Assembly (NCBI RefSeq): GCF_000011805.1 | Contig: NC_006840.2 | DNA: 32,000 nt | DNA from: Aliivibrio fischeri ES114 | GTDB taxonomy: Bacteria; Pseudomonadota; Gammaproteobacteria; Enterobacterales; Vibrionaceae | Direction: 5' to 3' (one strand) | Shown: positions 29,153 to 32,000 of the stretch, in pieces | Numbering within the stretch: position 1 is the first letter of the stretch | Layout: each line of letters opens with the position of its first letter | The notes under the pieces: generated by a model | The model's input: the letters and a program-made list of their open reading frames with translations, nothing else | What the model was told of the DNA's origin: nothing | Database searches by the model: none | Made by a program: the position numbers and the translations under genes

Positions 29153-29623
29153 TTATGGTTGCTGCAACCAAAGTAACTCACTTTTCCCTGTTGTATATGA
29201 ATATTCAACACAAGACATTGCTGATGTTGGGAACATCGGAGGCATAATTCCCGGAACAAAATCAGCAGTAAGGTAGCCAACGAGTGGTAAGTGAGAGACT
29301 AATAAAATATTCTCAATATCCTCAACACTTCCCAAAGCTTTTACATACTCAACCACATCATCTGAGTCGCCATAAGGAGTAATATCTTCACATATTTCTA
29401 CTTTTGCGTCCGCCACATTCAAAATTGACTTAATCGTATTCCACGTTTGTTGCGCTCGAACATAAGGGCTAACCAAGACATAATCAAACTGTATCTTATG
29501 TTCAGCCATCAGCCATTGCGCTATTTTCGCAGATTGGCTTTCGCCATGAGCGGTTAAATTACGCTCTTCATCTGAAGGAGCATAAGCTTCAGCCTCACCG
29601 TGACGCATTATGAATACTTTCAT
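29153..29623 (-). CDS. sixA: Phosphohistidine phosphatase SixA
   Basis: 156-aa ORF. N-terminal MKVFIMRHGEA (RHG catalytic motif of the histidine phosphatase superfamily). Size is typical of SixA. Confidence 0.9.
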   Translation of the reverse strand: MKVFIMRHGEAEAYAPSDEERNLTAHGESQSAKIAQWLMAEHKIQFDYVLVSPYVRAQQTWNTIKSILNVADAKVEICEDITPYGDSDDVVEYVKALGSVEDIENILLVSHLPLVGYLTADFVPGIMPPMFPTSAMSCVEYSYTTGKSELLWLQQP

Positions 29624-29867
29624 TTATTCATTCTCAAATCATTACTAACTTCACAATAGTAGCAAGCAAAAGTAAAAATAGGAAAGAGAGAGTTTGCTAG
29701 TCTGTGGTATCAGCGCCATAATTGATAAAATAATTATACAAATAATGTCAAAAGAGTTAGCCATTATATTCAATTGGTTATCTTATTATTGATAACCATT
29801 GATAAACTCTGCATTCAATATTTGACTATAAAAATAAAGCCCTTACGCCTTAAAACAGGAGCACCCT

Positions 29868-32000
29868 GTGCACATCAGTCCGAATGATAAAAAACATTAC
29901 CGCTTAATTGAGCTTGATAATAAATTACCCGTCTTGCTCATTCAGGATGAAACAGCACCACGCTCAGCCGCCGCCCTTTCTGTTAATGTCGGTCATTTTG
30001 ACGATCCTGATGATCGTCAAGGCCTTGCTCACTTCTTAGAGCATATGCTGTTTCTCGGTACACAAAAATACCCAAAAGTTGGAGAGTTTCACTCTTTCAT
30101 TAATCAGCAAGGTGGCTCTAATAACGCATGGACAGGAACCGAAAATACCACCTTCTTTTTTGAAGTATCGCATTCAGCGTTTGAAGAAGGATTGGATCGC
30201 TTTGGTCAATTTTTCTATGCCTCATTATTCAATGAGGAAGCTGTAGATAAAGAGCGTAATGCGGTTGATTCAGAGTATAAACTCAAATTAAAAGATGATG
30301 TTCGCCGCATTTATCAAGTTCATAAAGAAACCGTTAACCAAGCCCACCCTTTCTCTAAATTCTCCGTTGGTAGCATTGATACATTAGCAGATAAAGAGAG
30401 CTCATCTATCCGCGATGAAATGCTCACTTTTTATCAAACGCATTATTCTGCTGATTTAATGACAGCCGTTGTACTTGGGAATCGACCTCTTTGTGAGTTA
30501 GAGCTATTAGCAACTCAATCTTTTGCATCAATCCCTAATCAAAATCTTGGACATAAAGAAATTAATGTTTCTTATGTCACACCAAAAGAACAAAGTTGTT
30601 GGATTAACATTGAACCGCTAAAAGAAGTTAGAAAGCTAAGTCTTGCGTTTCATTTACCTAATCAAGATCGTTTTTATAAAACAAAACCGCTTAATTATCT
30701 TGGTCACCTTCTTGGCTATGAAGGTGACGGCAGCTTAATGCTCTACCTGAAAAAATTAGGATATATTCACTCATTGACTGCAGGCGGTGGGGTAAGCGGA
30801 AGTAACTTCAGAGAATTTACTCTTTCTTTTAATCTGACCGAAAAAGGCATGCTTCATCTTGATGAGATCATTCTCAATACTTATCAGTATATTGAATTGA
30901 TTAAACAGCAAGGTCTTGATGAGTGGCGCTACAATGAAAAGAAAGCGGTATTAGAATCTGCATTTCAATTCCAAGAAAAAACTAAGCCTCTTGATTTAGT
31001 TAGTCACTTAGTCATGAATTTACAGCGTTATCATAAAGAAGATGCTATGTACGCTGATTACATGATGGAAGGTTATCATGAACAACACGTTCTCGATCTA
31101 CTTGAGCAATTTACCCCTGAAAAAATGCGAGTCACTCTCGTAGCTCAAGATTTACAATATGATCGTAAAGATAAGTGGTATCACACCCCTTACTCTGTTC
31201 AGCCATTAAGTGAAGCCCAAATAAAGAGTTGGAGTCATGCTGAACTGCATCCTGAACTTCATTTGCCAGAGAAAAACCCTTATATCTGCTATGATTTAGA
31301 GCCTCAAGAATTAAAAGAAACCACCGTTCTTCCAACATTACTTGAAGACCTACCTGGTTTTCGTCTATGGCATAAGCAAGAAGAAGAATTCCGTGTGCCA
31401 AAAGGCATGGTATACATTGCAATAGATAGCCCACATGCCATTTCAGATCCAAGAAAAATAGTAAAAACACGCTTATGTGTCGAAATGCTTATGGATGCAC
31501 TAAGTGAACAAACTTACCAAGCTGAAATTGCAGGAATGGGGTATAACCTATATTGCCATCAAGGAGGCGTAACATTAACGCTTTCTGGCTTTAGTCAAAA
31601 ACAGCCCTTATTGCTGGATGTGATATTAAAACGTTTTTCTACACGTGAATTCAGCGCTGAACGATTTGATTTTATAAAAAATCAACTGATCCGTCATTGG
31701 GGGAATGCATCAAAAGAGCGCCCTATTTCACAGCTTTTCAACGCATTATCTGGAATTTTACAACCAAACAACCCTCCATACCCAGTGCTTCTTGAAGCAT
31801 TAGAAAGTATTGAAGTGGATGATTTACCGAATTTTGTTCAAGCTATGTTCGCTGAGTTGCACGTTGAGATGTTTGTCTATGGCGATTGGACTAAAGAACA
31901 AGCGTTGGAATTAGGTCGTTCTTTAAAAGATACCCTACGGATGCAAAATCAAACTTATGGCGAATCATTCCGTCCACTAGTTATGCTTGGGGAATCAGGA
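29868..32000 (+). CDS. Insulinase-family (M16) zinc metallopeptidase, pitrilysin-like; first 711 codons, 3' end beyond the window
   Basis: I translated this frame by eye from the GTG at 29868 (AGGAG RBS at 29857-29861, 6-nt spacer). It stays open to the window end, which is why it is absent from the ORF track. Inverted zinc motif HFLEHMLF...E. No N-terminal signal peptide (VHISPNDKKHYRLIELDNKL). Confidence 0.88.
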   Translation, partial: MHISPNDKKHYRLIELDNKLPVLLIQDETAPRSAAALSVNVGHFDDPDDRQGLAHFLEHMLFLGTQKYPKVGEFHSFINQQGGSNNAWTGTENTTFFFEVSHSAFEEGLDRFGQFFYASLFNEEAVDKERNAVDSEYKLKLKDDVRRIYQVHKETVNQAHPFSKFSVGSIDTLADKESSSIRDEMLTFYQTHYSADLMTAVVLGNRPLCELELLATQSFASIPNQNLGHKEINVSYVTPKEQSCWINIEPLKEVRKLSLAFHLPNQDRFYKTKPLNYLGHLLGYEGDGSLMLYLKKLGYIHSLTAGGGVSGSNFREFTLSFNLTEKGMLHLDEIILNTYQYIELIKQQGLDEWRYNEKKAVLESAFQFQEKTKPLDLVSHLVMNLQRYHKEDAMYADYMMEGYHEQHVLDLLEQFTPEKMRVTLVAQDLQYDRKDKWYHTPYSVQPLSEAQIKSWSHAELHPELHLPEKNPYICYDLEPQELKETTVLPTLLEDLPGFRLWHKQEEEFRVPKGMVYIAIDSPHAISDPRKIVKTRLCVEMLMDALSEQTYQAEIAGMGYNLYCHQGGVTLTLSGFSQKQPLLLDVILKRFSTREFSAERFDFIKNQLIRHWGNASKERPISQLFNALSGILQPNNPPYPVLLEALESIEVDDLPNFVQAMFAELHVEMFVYGDWTKEQALELGRSLKDTLRMQNQTYGESFRPLVMLGESG

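Noticed and set aside
29784-29810. Fur box in TTATTATTGATAACCATTGATAAACTC upstream of the M16 peptidase
   Set aside because: It shows only partial GATAA(T) hexamer resemblance, and the 19-bp Fur palindrome is not reconstituted. It is retained only as a generic inverted-repeat observation.
31132-31470. 112-aa minus-strand ORF from the track
   Set aside because: It lies antisense within the continuous 711-codon M16 peptidase frame, which carries clear family motifs.

Overview
Low-GC gammaproteobacterial chromosome segment. Gene content, protein sequences and synteny look like Vibrionaceae (Aliivibrio/Vibrio-like; this is inference, no search was run). I call 30 protein-coding genes, two of them truncated by the window edges (norW on the left, an M16 peptidase on the right). 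From left to right: the nitric-oxide detoxification locus norW-norV / norR with a readable sigma54 promoter and three NorR boxes; mnmA-hflD-purB; a small poorly conserved-looking islet (AraC regulator, orphan 64-aa protein, acidic lipoprotein, dCache chemoreceptor); a DEAD-box helicase; ybaK plus a patatin-like lipase; fhs; yfbU; a general porin; rlmA; a small beta-barrel OMP converging on clcA; lpxM; a HIT protein; yfcL-epmC; an MgtC-family protein and a TRIC-type channel; aroC; prmB; smrB; sixA; and a signal-less insulinase-family peptidase. I saw no rRNA or tRNA genes, CRISPR arrays, transposases, integrases, phage genes, toxin-antitoxin pairs or recognisable defence systems. I cannot support a claim of a novel multi-gene system here. 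The observations worth following up are small and regulatory. (1) A near-consensus sigma54 promoter drives a roughly 170-nt unit (42-codon basic ORF or sRNA), antisense-oriented in an expanded prmB-aroC gap. (2) Two intragenic PurR-type operators, in purB and fhs, share an identical 11-mer. (3) An 18-nt inverted repeat with reiterated CCCTAA-type cores brackets a bidirectional terminator. (4) fhs and the porin have unusually long leader or control regions. Several ORF-track start codons are probably too far upstream (prmB, rlmA, patatin, the small ORF, the OMP).
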